Below are positions 32,134-40,882 of a DNA stretch of 64,000 nucleotides, in pieces. This stretch comes from Opitutaceae bacterium. GTDB lineage: Bacteria > Verrucomicrobiota > Verrucomicrobiia > Opitutales > Coraliomargaritaceae. The stretch spans positions 384,001-448,000 of the forward strand of contig JBPOFY010000002.1 of NCBI GenBank assembly GCA_051252375.1, read 5' to 3'. The translations under genes and the position numbers were made by a program. How positions within the stretch are numbered: position 1 is the stretch's first letter; every line of letters starts with the position of its first letter. Below the pieces are notes generated by a model that was given only the letters and a program-made list of their open reading frames with translations, searched no databases and had not been told where the DNA came from.

Positions 32134-32801
32134 CACTTCTGAGGAATAAATTTCACCCGATCCCCGGGCGCTAAAGCAAACACCGCCTCACTGGCAGGCT
32201 TTGCCAACTTAGCCAGCTCCGGTCGAAACAGCGGCAGATCCGTCTGCCCGAGCAAATGCCAGCCTCCTGGACTCGCCACCGAATAAATACCGGCATGCCC
32301 GCCACCGATCGCCACCGTCCCTGGAGCGATGTGATTACGCGGCGACGCACGACGCGCCAAATGCAGACGCGGGTCCAAGCCATCTAAATAAGGAAAACCC
32401 GGCGCAAAGCCCATCATCCGCACCCTATATTCAGGCGCAGAGTGGATCGCGACCACCTCTGCCTCGCTTAAATGCGTCAATCGAGCCACTTCCGCCAGAT
32501 CGGTCCCGTCATAGCGAACCGGCACCTGCACCAAGCGGCCTTGCGCACGAGCATGCTCTGCAGGTTCCGCCAAGCTCTTGACCCAGCGATCGCCCGCATC
32601 GACAAATTCCGGCGCGCGAAAAATCAACAGCATGTTCTCATAGCCATGCACCCATTCCAAGAAACCCGCCGGTGGCGCCGTCTGCACCGCGATTTCGACC
32701 GCCGCACGCGCGCCATCACTCAATCCTTGGATCAAGATCCCGCACTCCCCGTATAACTGACAATCCGCTTTCAATCCTCTGCGATGACAACCCGTCTCCA
32801 T
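32133..32801 (-). CDS. pxpB: 5-oxoprolinase subunit B (AHS1)
   Basis: PVRYDG.DL, GFAPGFPYL, SPGGWHL.G.T motifs; start uncertain. Confidence 0.85.
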   Translation of the reverse strand: METGCHRRGLKADCQLYGECGILIQGLSDGARAAVEIAVQTAPPAGFLEWVHGYENMLLIFRAPEFVDAGDRWVKSLAEPAEHARAQGRLVQVPVRYDGTDLAEVARLTHLSEAEVVAIHSAPEYRVRMMGFAPGFPYLDGLDPRLHLARRASPRNHIAPGTVAIGGGHAGIYSVASPGGWHLLGQTDLPLFRPELAKLAKPASEAVFALAPGDRVKFIPQK

Positions 32802-32970
32802 TCTAGCGTCAAGAGACTGTCTCAATAATTGCAATATAACGATTTTTGACGTCTTCATCGTAATCTCACTCATAATCTTAATCCTCCGTTCACGTTCGTA
32901 AGACCTTCTATTACAACGCTTAGATTAAGAGCGCATCAGCCACGCAACCGATTCTATAGGGCTGCAACAA

Positions 32971-33107
32971 CCGGCGATGACGGAGCATCGCCCTCCACTG
33001 CAGCCATATTCTGGAGGGTTGCGCTCCGTCGCAACCGCAGTATGTTTTATTGGATCGATTCCCACAACCGGCGATGACCATTCGACAAGCTCAGGTTGGA
33101 ACCTCCA
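32971..33107. repeat. Family A REP cluster (three arms, one with an insertion)
   Basis: ccggcgatgacggagcatcgccctcca; tggagggttgcgctccgtcgcaaccgc; ccggcgatgaccattcgacaagctcaggttggaacctcca. Confidence 0.85.
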
Positions 33108-33263
33108 TTTCAGTCATATTCCAGCGGATTGCTCTCCACATTCAAAACCACCCGCATTTTACAATAAAAGCCCCCAATGGAGCGACATTCCAAAATACCC
33201 TGAAAATAAGCTAAAAACTTCTTGATTAAACCAGCTAGACCTATTTGCTCTCCCACTTTTCCC

Positions 33264-33578
33264 ATGAAAGCCACTATCAAAACACAAGGCCGCCAATTTA
33301 CCGTAACTGAAGGCGATGTTCTCAAACTCAACTCCTTTCCCGAAACGAAAGCAGGAGACACGATTGACATCACAGAAGTCCTCATGATCGGCGAAGGCGC
33401 GGACGCTCGCTTCGGCGCACCTCTCATCGAGGGTGCATCCGTAAAAGCAACTATCCTCGAAAACAAGAAGGACAAAAAAGTCGTCGTCTTTAAAAAGAAG
33501 CGTCGCCAAGGCTACAAAAAGCGCCGCGGCCACCGTCAGCACCTTTCTGTTATTAAAATCGAATCCATCAACGGTTAA
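33264..33578 (+). CDS. rplU: 50S ribosomal protein L21
   Basis: [15 protein letters not shown]...KKKRRQGY....GHRQ. Confidence 0.95.
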   Translation: MKATIKTQGRQFTVTEGDVLKLNSFPETKAGDTIDITEVLMIGEGADARFGAPLIEGASVKATILENKKDKKVVVFKKKRRQGYKKRRGHRQHLSVIKIESING

Positions 33579-33601
33579 TCCAACCAAGGAGAACTTAAGC
33601 T

Positions 33602-33856
33602 ATGTCACATAAAAAAGGACAAGGAACTTCACGCAACGGTCGCGATAGCCACTCAAAGCGCCTCGGCGTTAAGAAATTCGGCGGCGAGACTGTTATTGCA
33701 GGTAACATCATCTTACGTCAACGCGGCACAAAATACCACCCAGGCGTCAACGTCGGTATGGGTCGTGACCACACACTCTTCGCTCTGAAAGACGGCAACG
33801 TCGCTTTCGACAAGGAACACCGCAAGATCAACGTTGTTGAACTAGCGACTGCGTAA
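33602..33856 (+). CDS. rpmA: 50S ribosomal protein L27
   Basis: [20 protein letters not shown]...RQRGT. Confidence 0.97.
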   Translation: MSHKKGQGTSRNGRDSHSKRLGVKKFGGETVIAGNIILRQRGTKYHPGVNVGMGRDHTLFALKDGNVAFDKEHRKINVVELATA

Positions 33857-33882
33857 GACGATTTTAAATCGACAAAACTTTC

Positions 33883-33917
33883 AAAATCCCGCCTCCTTCT
33901 AGGAGCGGGATTTTTTT
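33883..33917 (+). terminator. Intrinsic terminator after rpmA
   Basis: aaaatcccgc-ctcc-ttcta-ggag-cggga followed by a T-run. Confidence 0.75.
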
Positions 33918-34289
33918 ATGGACCAATCACTTGAAGAGCTACGCGCACAACGCGAACTGATACGAAAGCATCTGGAATGGATCGACCGACAGCTCGCGGC
34001 CGCTGAAACCGGTAAGCCCAGCGAACCAACAAGCGAAACCACCAGCCCGTCCGAAGCTCCAGAAACTCCCAAAGCTTCGCCGGTCAAGACCGCCCCACCC
34101 GCAGAAGCAACGGAAGGCACTGCTGCCCCCGAAGGAAGCAAAGTCTTCGTCAACGACGACCCCGAACGCCTACACGCACCCGCCCCGGTCGATCTCACAC
34201 GCGCAAAGATCGGTTGCCTCGCCCTTTTCTTCCTCAGCTCCTTCCTCTTCCTCTTCCTGCTCTTCGGCTTGCCGTATTTGATGGATTAG
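33918..34289 (+). CDS. Hypothetical protein (coiled coil, disordered linker, C-terminal TM)
   Basis: 123-aa ORF with plausible composition. Confidence 0.6.
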   Translation: MDQSLEELRAQRELIRKHLEWIDRQLAAAETGKPSEPTSETTSPSEAPETPKASPVKTAPPAEATEGTAAPEGSKVFVNDDPERLHAPAPVDLTRAKIGCLALFFLSSFLFLFLLFGLPYLMD

Positions 34290-34345
34290 GCGTCAGATCA
34301 GGGAAAAGTGAATAGAGAAAATGGAAAGCCCACCAGACGATATAT

Positions 34346-34434
34346 TTAACCGCAGAGGCCGCAGAGAGATAAAAGAAGAAATAACTCACTCCACCTCAGC
34401 GTCCTCAGCGTTCTCAAGCGAAGCGGGCGGTTAA
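34346..34434. repeat. Gene-less AACC...GGTT inverted element with 9-bp periodic arms
   Basis: ttaaccgcagaggccgcagagag ... ctcagcgtc-ctcagcgtt-ctc(aagcgaagcgg)gcggttaa. Confidence 0.65.
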
Positions 34435-34507
34435 TAAAAGCATCTGATCAGCCACGGATCCAGAATCTTGCAGCAGTTGGAATATCTTACACGTTCGTTC
34501 CAATTTT

Positions 34508-34831
34508 TTAGTGTATCGATTCGGCTTCACACTCATCGCAGAAGTAGCACTGCTTCGTTCCAGAAAATAAGGTTCTTTTCACCTTTCCTTCGATCTCTCT
34601 CATCGAGGTAGATCCACAGCTAGGGCAAGTCACTGACTCCCTTTCTTCGTTTTCATCAATAACTTCAAAAATGATGTAGGCATCTTCTGCTCTATCTTCT
34701 TCGACGTAAAGATCCCAAGTGCTTAGCTCGCCTCCGCTTTCTCGGATCTCATAGGGGATTCCGTTTTCTTTTAGGAGCGCTTCAATGGGCGGAAGTGCTG
34801 CTTGATCGTGATACTGTGCTATGAGTTTCAT
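34508..34831 (-). CDS. Cassette gene: DUF2007-like domain plus zinc ribbon
   Basis: LLKENGIPY..., CPSCGS and CDEC motifs; preceded by a GTTCGAT core site. Confidence 0.65.
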   Translation of the reverse strand: MKLIAQYHDQAALPPIEALLKENGIPYEIRESGGELSTWDLYVEEDRAEDAYIIFEVIDENEERESVTCPSCGSTSMREIEGKVKRTLFSGTKQCYFCDECEAESIH

Positions 34832-34862
34832 TTGTTTATCGAACGTCTCGACTGGGTATGCA

Positions 34863-35123
34863 TCAGTTTTTGTAGATATCTCTACGATGTCTTACTTTGA
34901 CGACATTGACGATTAGTTCCTGATCGATCACCTGATACAGAATTCGATAGTTGCCCTGCCTGATTCTATATTTCTCTTGCCCGGAAAGCTTTTTACTTCC
35001 CGCGGGGTGAGGATTGCTAGCAAGGCTTCGGATTTTTTCAATGATGCGAACTCGGTCTTTGATTTCGATCCTCTCGATTTCCTTTGCAGCCGATTTCTTG
35101 ATGACAATTCTATAGTTTCCCAT
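34863..35123 (-). CDS. relE: RelE/ParE-family toxin
   Basis: IKKSAAKEI, KKLSG...YRIRQGNYRILY, V.HRRDIY motifs. Confidence 0.9.
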   Translation of the reverse strand: MGNYRIVIKKSAAKEIERIEIKDRVRIIEKIRSLASNPHPAGSKKLSGQEKYRIRQGNYRILYQVIDQELIVNVVKVRHRRDIYKN

Positions 35124-35331
35124 TTTCTTTGAGGGAGGCTACGAAAGCTTCGAAATCGATTACTGGCTCATCCTCTCTTTCTTTGAATGCCTCCAGGTCT
35201 TCTGCGTCCTCAAACAGGGCAGATCGCACCGCGTCATTTACAAGTTCAGATACCGGAGATGAGACCTCAGCCGATTTCATTTTCAAGGCTTTGTGAAGAT
35301 CTTCTTCAAAATAGACAGTGGCGCGCTTCAT
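35110..35331 (-). CDS. Ribbon-helix-helix (CopG-like) antitoxin
   Basis: MKRATVYFEEDLHKALK...SELVNDAVR; acidic C-terminus; overlaps the toxin start. Confidence 0.8.
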   Translation of the reverse strand: MKRATVYFEEDLHKALKMKSAEVSSPVSELVNDAVRSALFEDAEDLEAFKEREDEPVIDFEAFVASLKENGKL

Positions 35332-35333
35332 AG

Positions 35334-35367
35334 TTTAGCACTAAAACGTTAAAGCGCTAAATGTCAA
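35334..35367 (-). promoter_or_regulatory. TA promoter with palindromic operator
   Basis: Minus strand ttgaca-tttagcgctttaacgttttagtgctaaact-atg: a -35 TTGACA followed by the palindrome tttagc...gctaaa. Confidence 0.6.
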
Positions 35368-35376
35368 TTTCTTTAC

Positions 35377-35445
35377 CGTGTACGTGGAGGGGATGCATAG
35401 ATGAGCGCCAGCGAAATCTATTGTCCATCTCCCGACTGGTTCGCA
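35377..35445 (-). other. attC-like recombination site
   Basis: Minus strand tGCGAAC-cagtcgggagatggacaatagat-ttcgctggcgctc-atctatgcatcccctccac-GTACACG; imperfect palindrome with a non-canonical R' core. Confidence 0.7.
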
Positions 35446-35825
35446 CCAGTTACGTTTATGGCTGCATTTGTCTGAGCGGCTTCATAATCTCGGTTCGCTG
35501 CTACGGCAATTAATTCAATGACAGAGATGATGGTGAATGCGATTATAGTGTGTGATATCACGTAAATTAAAAGCCCTCGTTCATCTGTTCCGATCGGAGA
35601 AAATTCACTTGAAAGTATATTCGCGTATCCACCAGTTAACTTGAAGGTGATCATCGCGATTGGCCCGAGGGCAGCGATTGCAAGGCGGAACCTCATATAG
35701 CCCCTGAGGCTTTTATTTTTCTTTTTTAGGGAGCGAAAGGGGATATGCAGCATAAATGCCAACGCCAGACCTAAGGCGATTGGAACCACAAAATAGATAA
35801 CAAGCAGAATGGGGATTATTATCAT
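35418..35825 (-). CDS. Cassette gene: hypothetical membrane protein (about 3 TM)
   Basis: Low-GC ORF whose stop lies inside the downstream attC. Confidence 0.65.
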   Translation of the reverse strand: MIIIPILLVIYFVVPIALGLALAFMLHIPFRSLKKKNKSLRGYMRFRLAIAALGPIAMITFKLTGGYANILSSEFSPIGTDERGLLIYVISHTIIAFTIISVIELIAVAANRDYEAAQTNAAINVTGANQSGDGQ

Positions 35826-35831
35826 TTTCTT

Positions 35832-35899
35832 AGCGAACGTAGAGGTGTGATATAGATGAGCGGTAGCGAAATCTATTGATCACCACCGTCTGGTTGGCT
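35832..35899 (-). other. attC recombination site
   Basis: Minus strand aGCCAAC-cagacggtggtgatcaatagat-ttcgctaccgctc-atctatatcacacctctac-GTTCGCT. Confidence 0.8.
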
Positions 35900-36463
35900 C
35901 TTGTCTTTCCATTTGTGATTTACGAAATATTCGTAGCTGGAGAAGTATTCTTTATCTTCAATTGTATCGCAATCGCAATGAGTGCATCTAGGTAAACAAT
36001 ATTGCCCACCGCATTCGCACTGTGGCAATGGCTCTTCATCATACCCCGATTGCATCCACACATTTCCGCACGAGTTGCATATGGACGGATAACGATCATC
36101 AAAGCCAGACTGTCCAAAACTTATGTATTCCTTTTTACACCCTTGGCATGTGTTTCGAATCGCGCATTCGAATGGACCTCGATAATGAACTATTTCTTTC
36201 CATTCTGGTTCCGAATACATCCGAAGCGTATCGTCCTTTTCATACGACTTAATCTTCTTTGCTAAGCTCGAAATTGATGGGAGTGCTTGGACTGCACCTG
36301 GGTAAAATGAAAATGCTCCTTTCCACTGTTCGTAGGCATTGTATAGGCAGTAGCCATCCTCCAGTGACGGATTCAATTCACTGATTTTATCTATGACGGC
36401 GGTTTCGCCCGACATCTGCCGCTCGACAAGGTCTGCAAACGACTGAAGCTTTTCTGTGTTCAT
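35873..36463 (-). CDS. Cassette gene: Cys-rich (multiple CxxC) hypothetical protein
   Basis: CQGC, CNSC, CECG and CTHC motifs; low GC. Confidence 0.7.
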   Translation of the reverse strand: MNTEKLQSFADLVERQMSGETAVIDKISELNPSLEDGYCLYNAYEQWKGAFSFYPGAVQALPSISSLAKKIKSYEKDDTLRMYSEPEWKEIVHYRGPFECAIRNTCQGCKKEYISFGQSGFDDRYPSICNSCGNVWMQSGYDEEPLPQCECGGQYCLPRCTHCDCDTIEDKEYFSSYEYFVNHKWKDKSQPDGGDQ

Positions 36464-36471
36464 TTATTCTT

Positions 36472-36963
<492 letters not shown>

Positions 36964-36971
36964 TTTATTTC

Positions 36972-37005
36972 TGCGAACAAGTTATTATGTCATTTTGTCA
37001 TATTC
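36972..37005 (-). other. attI-like site
   Basis: Minus strand gaatatgacaaaatgacataataactt-GTTCGCA: core site lacking an attC palindrome, preceded by ATGACA direct repeats. Confidence 0.55.
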
Positions 37006-37335
37006 TTCTGGGATCGGCTGTCAAACGTCCTTTAAGGGAGCAAAAATAGGATTTCCTAATGTCATATCATTCCAATGGGGATAATATGACAATGAGATAT
37101 TATTCCTCGCTTGCTTCAAAAGCGCCTAGATTGGTTCCTAGAAGAATGTCAGGCGTAGGCGGCAAGCGCGCCTTTGGGATTACTAATAAGCGTCACATAA
37201 GCGTCCATAAGCGGTAAGGCTCCACGTCATCGTTGAACGACTCAGGGAAGCCTTTAAGCCACTCGTGGCCTCTCGGATCGATCCATTCGACACAGGCTCA
37301 TGGTGAAAAGGGATAACGATCCCTACCCATACAGT

Positions 37336-38487
37336 CTAAAGCAACTGTGCGCCCTGCCCTGCTTGGGTGTGGATGACGGTGGCTTCCAAGCCATGCTCGG
37401 CTTGATAGGCGGCTGCCACGACTGCGGCATGCTCGGCTCCAAACTCGGCTCCAGTGAAGGCCATCACGGCTCCACCAAATCCGCCGCCGGTGAGACGGGC
37501 GCCATAGACATAGGGTTGTTTTTTCAACAAATCGACCAGTGTATCGAGCTCAGGGATACTGTTCTCGAAATTGACGCGTGAGCTTTCATGCGAGGCACTG
37601 ATTGCTGCACCAACCGCCGCTAGATCACCCACAGCCAAAGCAGACTCCACCGCACCAACGCGGGCGTTTTCTGTCACCACATGCAAGGCACGGCGAAAGA
37701 GCACATCGCCAAGCTCGGCCTCGCAGGCACGCACTTGTGCTTCGTCGAGTTGCGAAAGTGTTGCTGCTTCGGGGAAGCGTTTTTGCAGGATCGCCAAGGC
37801 GTCCTTACATTCTTGGAAACGATCCGCATAGGCTGAATCGACCAGCGCATGCTTCTTGTTGGAATTCAAAATCCAGAAGTGTGTGTCCTTCGGCATTAGC
37901 TTAGTGCGGAAGACTTCGGTCGCGCAATCGATCAACACGATCGAATCGGCTTCACCAAAAGCAGACACCCCTTGATCCAAAATACCGCAAGGCATGCCAA
38001 CAAATTCGTTTTCGGCCTTACGTCCGATACGGGCGAAGCCCACGGTGTCGGTTTCGAAACCATAGAGCGCTGCAAGCGCCTTGGCGGTAGCGAGCTCAAA
38101 CGCGGCGCTACTGCTCATCCCGGCACCTGCTGGCAGTGTGCTAGTGACTGCGATGTTGTAGCCCACTGGCATTTTCATGCCGAGGCCGCGCATGACACAT
38201 GTCACACCGACAGGATAGTTCGTCCACGAAGCAGGTCCTTTGATCGGTTTCAAATCGTCGAGCGCGATCTCCATCGCGGCGGCGCCGTCACTGACCAAGC
38301 CGATGTTCTGATCATCGCGAAGTGCCACACAAACGGTGATTCCTTCTGTCACAGCGACGCCCATCACAAGCCCACCGTTATAATCGGTATGATTGCCGAT
38401 AAACTCGATACGACCGGGGGCAAAGGCGGCAAATGCCGGCTCGGCATTGAATTGCGACTTAAAGAATTGCTTCGTTTTTTCAGACAT
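37336..38487 (-). CDS. galK: Galactokinase
   Basis: APGRIEFIGNHTDYN, GAGMSSSAA, CGILDQ, GARLTGGGFGG motifs. Confidence 0.93.
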   Translation of the reverse strand: MSEKTKQFFKSQFNAEPAFAAFAPGRIEFIGNHTDYNGGLVMGVAVTEGITVCVALRDDQNIGLVSDGAAAMEIALDDLKPIKGPASWTNYPVGVTCVMRGLGMKMPVGYNIAVTSTLPAGAGMSSSAAFELATAKALAALYGFETDTVGFARIGRKAENEFVGMPCGILDQGVSAFGEADSIVLIDCATEVFRTKLMPKDTHFWILNSNKKHALVDSAYADRFQECKDALAILQKRFPEAATLSQLDEAQVRACEAELGDVLFRRALHVVTENARVGAVESALAVGDLAAVGAAISASHESSRVNFENSIPELDTLVDLLKKQPYVYGARLTGGGFGGAVMAFTGAEFGAEHAAVVAAAYQAEHGLEATVIHTQAGQGAQLL

Positions 38488-38511
38488 GGGGATGGGGATA
38501 CGGGGTTACTG

Positions 38512-40179
38512 CTAAGAATTAGATTTTGCCCAAGAATCTCTCAGGGCGACGGTCCGATTAAAGACCAGCGCATCGGGGGCAGAAAGTTGACTGTCGGGGC
38601 AAAAATACCCGATACGCTCAAACTGACAAGTCTCGCCGAGAGGCAGGCTCGCGAGGCTGGGCTCACAATAAGCGGTGCTTTCGGTGACGGAATCAGGGTT
38701 CACAAACTCAACGAACTCTTTCTCCTTATCACCTTCGGGTTTTTCGACTGAAAAGAGGCGATCAAACATCCGCACCTTGGACTGCACTGCGTGGTCGCGA
38801 CTGACCCAGTGAATCACTCCCTTCACCTTACGGTCTTCAGGGTTTTTATTCAAGGTGTCGTGGTCCACACTGCAAAGCAGCTTAATCGGATTACCGGCTT
38901 CGTCTTTAATCACTTCGTCGCACTTAATGATGTAGCCGAAACGTAAGCGGACCTCGCCGTCTTTCTTCAAGCGGAAGAACTTACGGTTGGCTTCTTCCTT
39001 AAAGTCGTCCTGCTCAATCAACAGGTGCTTGCTGAATGGAATCTTGCGCATGCCGGCTGATTCGTCTCCAGGGTTATTGATGCCATCGACCTCAACGACT
39101 TCACCTTCCGGCCAATTCGTCAATTCGATCTCGATGGGGTTCAAGACAGCCATGCGACGAACCGCAACCTCGTTCAGTTCTTGGCGGACCGCATGTTCAA
39201 GCAGTGCGACATCACTTGTCGAAGGGACTTTGGTGATGCCCACCGTGGCACAAAACTGACGAATCGCTGCGGCAGGATAACCGCGGCGGCGCATTCCGCA
39301 GAGTGTCGGCATGCGGGGATCGTCCCAACCTGTGACGTGACCACCCTCCACCAGATCGCGCAGCTTGCGCTTGCTGACCACAGTGTAAGTCAAATTCAGG
39401 CGGGCAAACTCGGTTTGCTTGGACGGAAAGATGCCGAGCTTGTCGATAAACCAATCGTAGAGCGGGCGGTGGTCTTGAAACTCAAGCGAGCAGAGCGAGT
39501 GCGTGATCCCTTCCAAGGAGTCACTCTGGCCGTGCGTAAAGTCATAGCTGGGGTAAATGCACCATGCATCCCCCACTCGGTGGTGATGCATACGCTTGAT
39601 GCGATACATGACCGGATCGCGCATGTTCATGTTCGGATGCGTCATGTCGATTTTGGCGCGGAGCACTTTAGTCCCGTCCTCAAACTCGCCCGCGCGCATG
39701 CGCTTAAATAAATCAAGGTTCTCTTCGATCGGACGCTCCCGATGCGGGCTCGGCTTGCCCGGCTCTGTGATGGAACCGCGATAGACCCGCATCTCGTCGA
39801 AACTCAGTTCCTCGACATAGGCATCGCCCGACTCAATCAGTTGGATCGCCCAAAGATACAGCTGCTCGAAATAATCGCTGGCGAAACAGATCTTCGCCCA
39901 GTCGTAGCCCAACCATTTGATGTCTTCCTGAATGGCTTGCACGAACTCGTCGCTCTCCTTTTCAGGATTGGTGTCGTCGAAGCGCAGGTTGCAAAGACCG
40001 CCAAACTCCTTAGCGATCTCGAAATTCAGGCAGATCGCTTTGGCATGACCGATCTGGAGATAACCATTCGGCTCAGGCGGGAAACGTGTTTGCACACGCC
40101 CATCATGTTTACCAGCAGCCACATCGGCTGCCACCATTTGGCGGATAAAATCGGTCGGCGTATCGGAAGCGTCTGACAT
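38512..40179 (-). CDS. glnS: Glutamine--tRNA ligase
   Basis: TRFPPEPNGYLQIGHAK, RFDDTNP, VSKRKL, WDDPR, QFERIGYF motifs. Confidence 0.96.
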   Translation of the reverse strand: MSDASDTPTDFIRQMVAADVAAGKHDGRVQTRFPPEPNGYLQIGHAKAICLNFEIAKEFGGLCNLRFDDTNPEKESDEFVQAIQEDIKWLGYDWAKICFASDYFEQLYLWAIQLIESGDAYVEELSFDEMRVYRGSITEPGKPSPHRERPIEENLDLFKRMRAGEFEDGTKVLRAKIDMTHPNMNMRDPVMYRIKRMHHHRVGDAWCIYPSYDFTHGQSDSLEGITHSLCSLEFQDHRPLYDWFIDKLGIFPSKQTEFARLNLTYTVVSKRKLRDLVEGGHVTGWDDPRMPTLCGMRRRGYPAAAIRQFCATVGITKVPSTSDVALLEHAVRQELNEVAVRRMAVLNPIEIELTNWPEGEVVEVDGINNPGDESAGMRKIPFSKHLLIEQDDFKEEANRKFFRLKKDGEVRLRFGYIIKCDEVIKDEAGNPIKLLCSVDHDTLNKNPEDRKVKGVIHWVSRDHAVQSKVRMFDRLFSVEKPEGDKEKEFVEFVNPDSVTESTAYCEPSLASLPLGETCQFERIGYFCPDSQLSAPDALVFNRTVALRDSWAKSNS

Positions 40180-40335
40180 AAGCGGTGAAGCAAAACGCAG
40201 CCGATGGTCCTGTGCCAGTCAAAAAGAATAGAAACGTAGGGGGCAAAGGCGCGTAAGTCAGACAAGGGCGCGGGGACGTCGACCCTACTTGCACGATACG
40301 CGGCTCAGACGTGTGGCGATGGAGACCAATGTAAC

Positions 40336-40409
40336 GGTAGGGACGCCTGCCCTCAGGCGTCCGCTATATTAGCTTCAGCCTCGGACGCCTAGGGGCAGGC
40401 GTCCCTACC
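40336..40409. repeat. GTAG-footed REP doublet (family B)
   Basis: ggtagggacgcctgccctcaggcgtccgc ... cggacgcctaggggcaggcgtccctacc. Confidence 0.85.
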
Positions 40410-40421
40410 CCTATAAAAATA

Positions 40422-40808
40422 TCAGTTCCTTCTATTGTTACTGCGCTGTTGCCTCTTCTTTTTATTCTTTGCTGCGTTGGCTTTCCTCTTTGCAGCTGCC
40501 ACCTTGGCAGCGGCGGCTTTCTTCGCGGCTTCCGCCCTCTTCTTTGCGACCAACGAGTTTAAATTCTGAAATTCACTCAGCTCCAAGCGGCCGTTACCAT
40601 TTTCATCGAGTTTTCCGAAATGAACCCGCAACTCTTTATTCTCAGAGCGCTGTGCTTCCGACTTCGAGATATCCTGACTTTCGTTCGTATCAATCGCCTT
40701 AAAAGCAGCATTGCCTTCGTTCGCCTTTGCTGGCGCAGCAAATGAAAGAGATGGAGCGATCCAGGTCGCACAGGCGATCAGTCCGAGAAGGATAGGTTTT
40801 ATATTCAT
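40422..40808 (-). CDS. Secreted EF-hand protein with basic tail
   Basis: Signal peptide; DTNESQDISKSE and DENGNGRLELSEF loops. Confidence 0.7.
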   Translation of the reverse strand: MNIKPILLGLIACATWIAPSLSFAAPAKANEGNAAFKAIDTNESQDISKSEAQRSENKELRVHFGKLDENGNGRLELSEFQNLNSLVAKKRAEAAKKAAAAKVAAAKRKANAAKNKKKRQQRSNNRRN

Positions 40809-40882
40809 CTAGTGTATTCAGTCAGAAAATAGGCTATAGCGCACTAATAGAATGTAGCCGCACTGAAAAGCTCTCCTAAACG

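Noticed and set aside
37006..37335. Integron integrase gene or remnant
   Set aside because: No ORF of sufficient length and no recognisable tyrosine-recombinase motifs; the 37300..37581 ORF is antisense overlap with galK.
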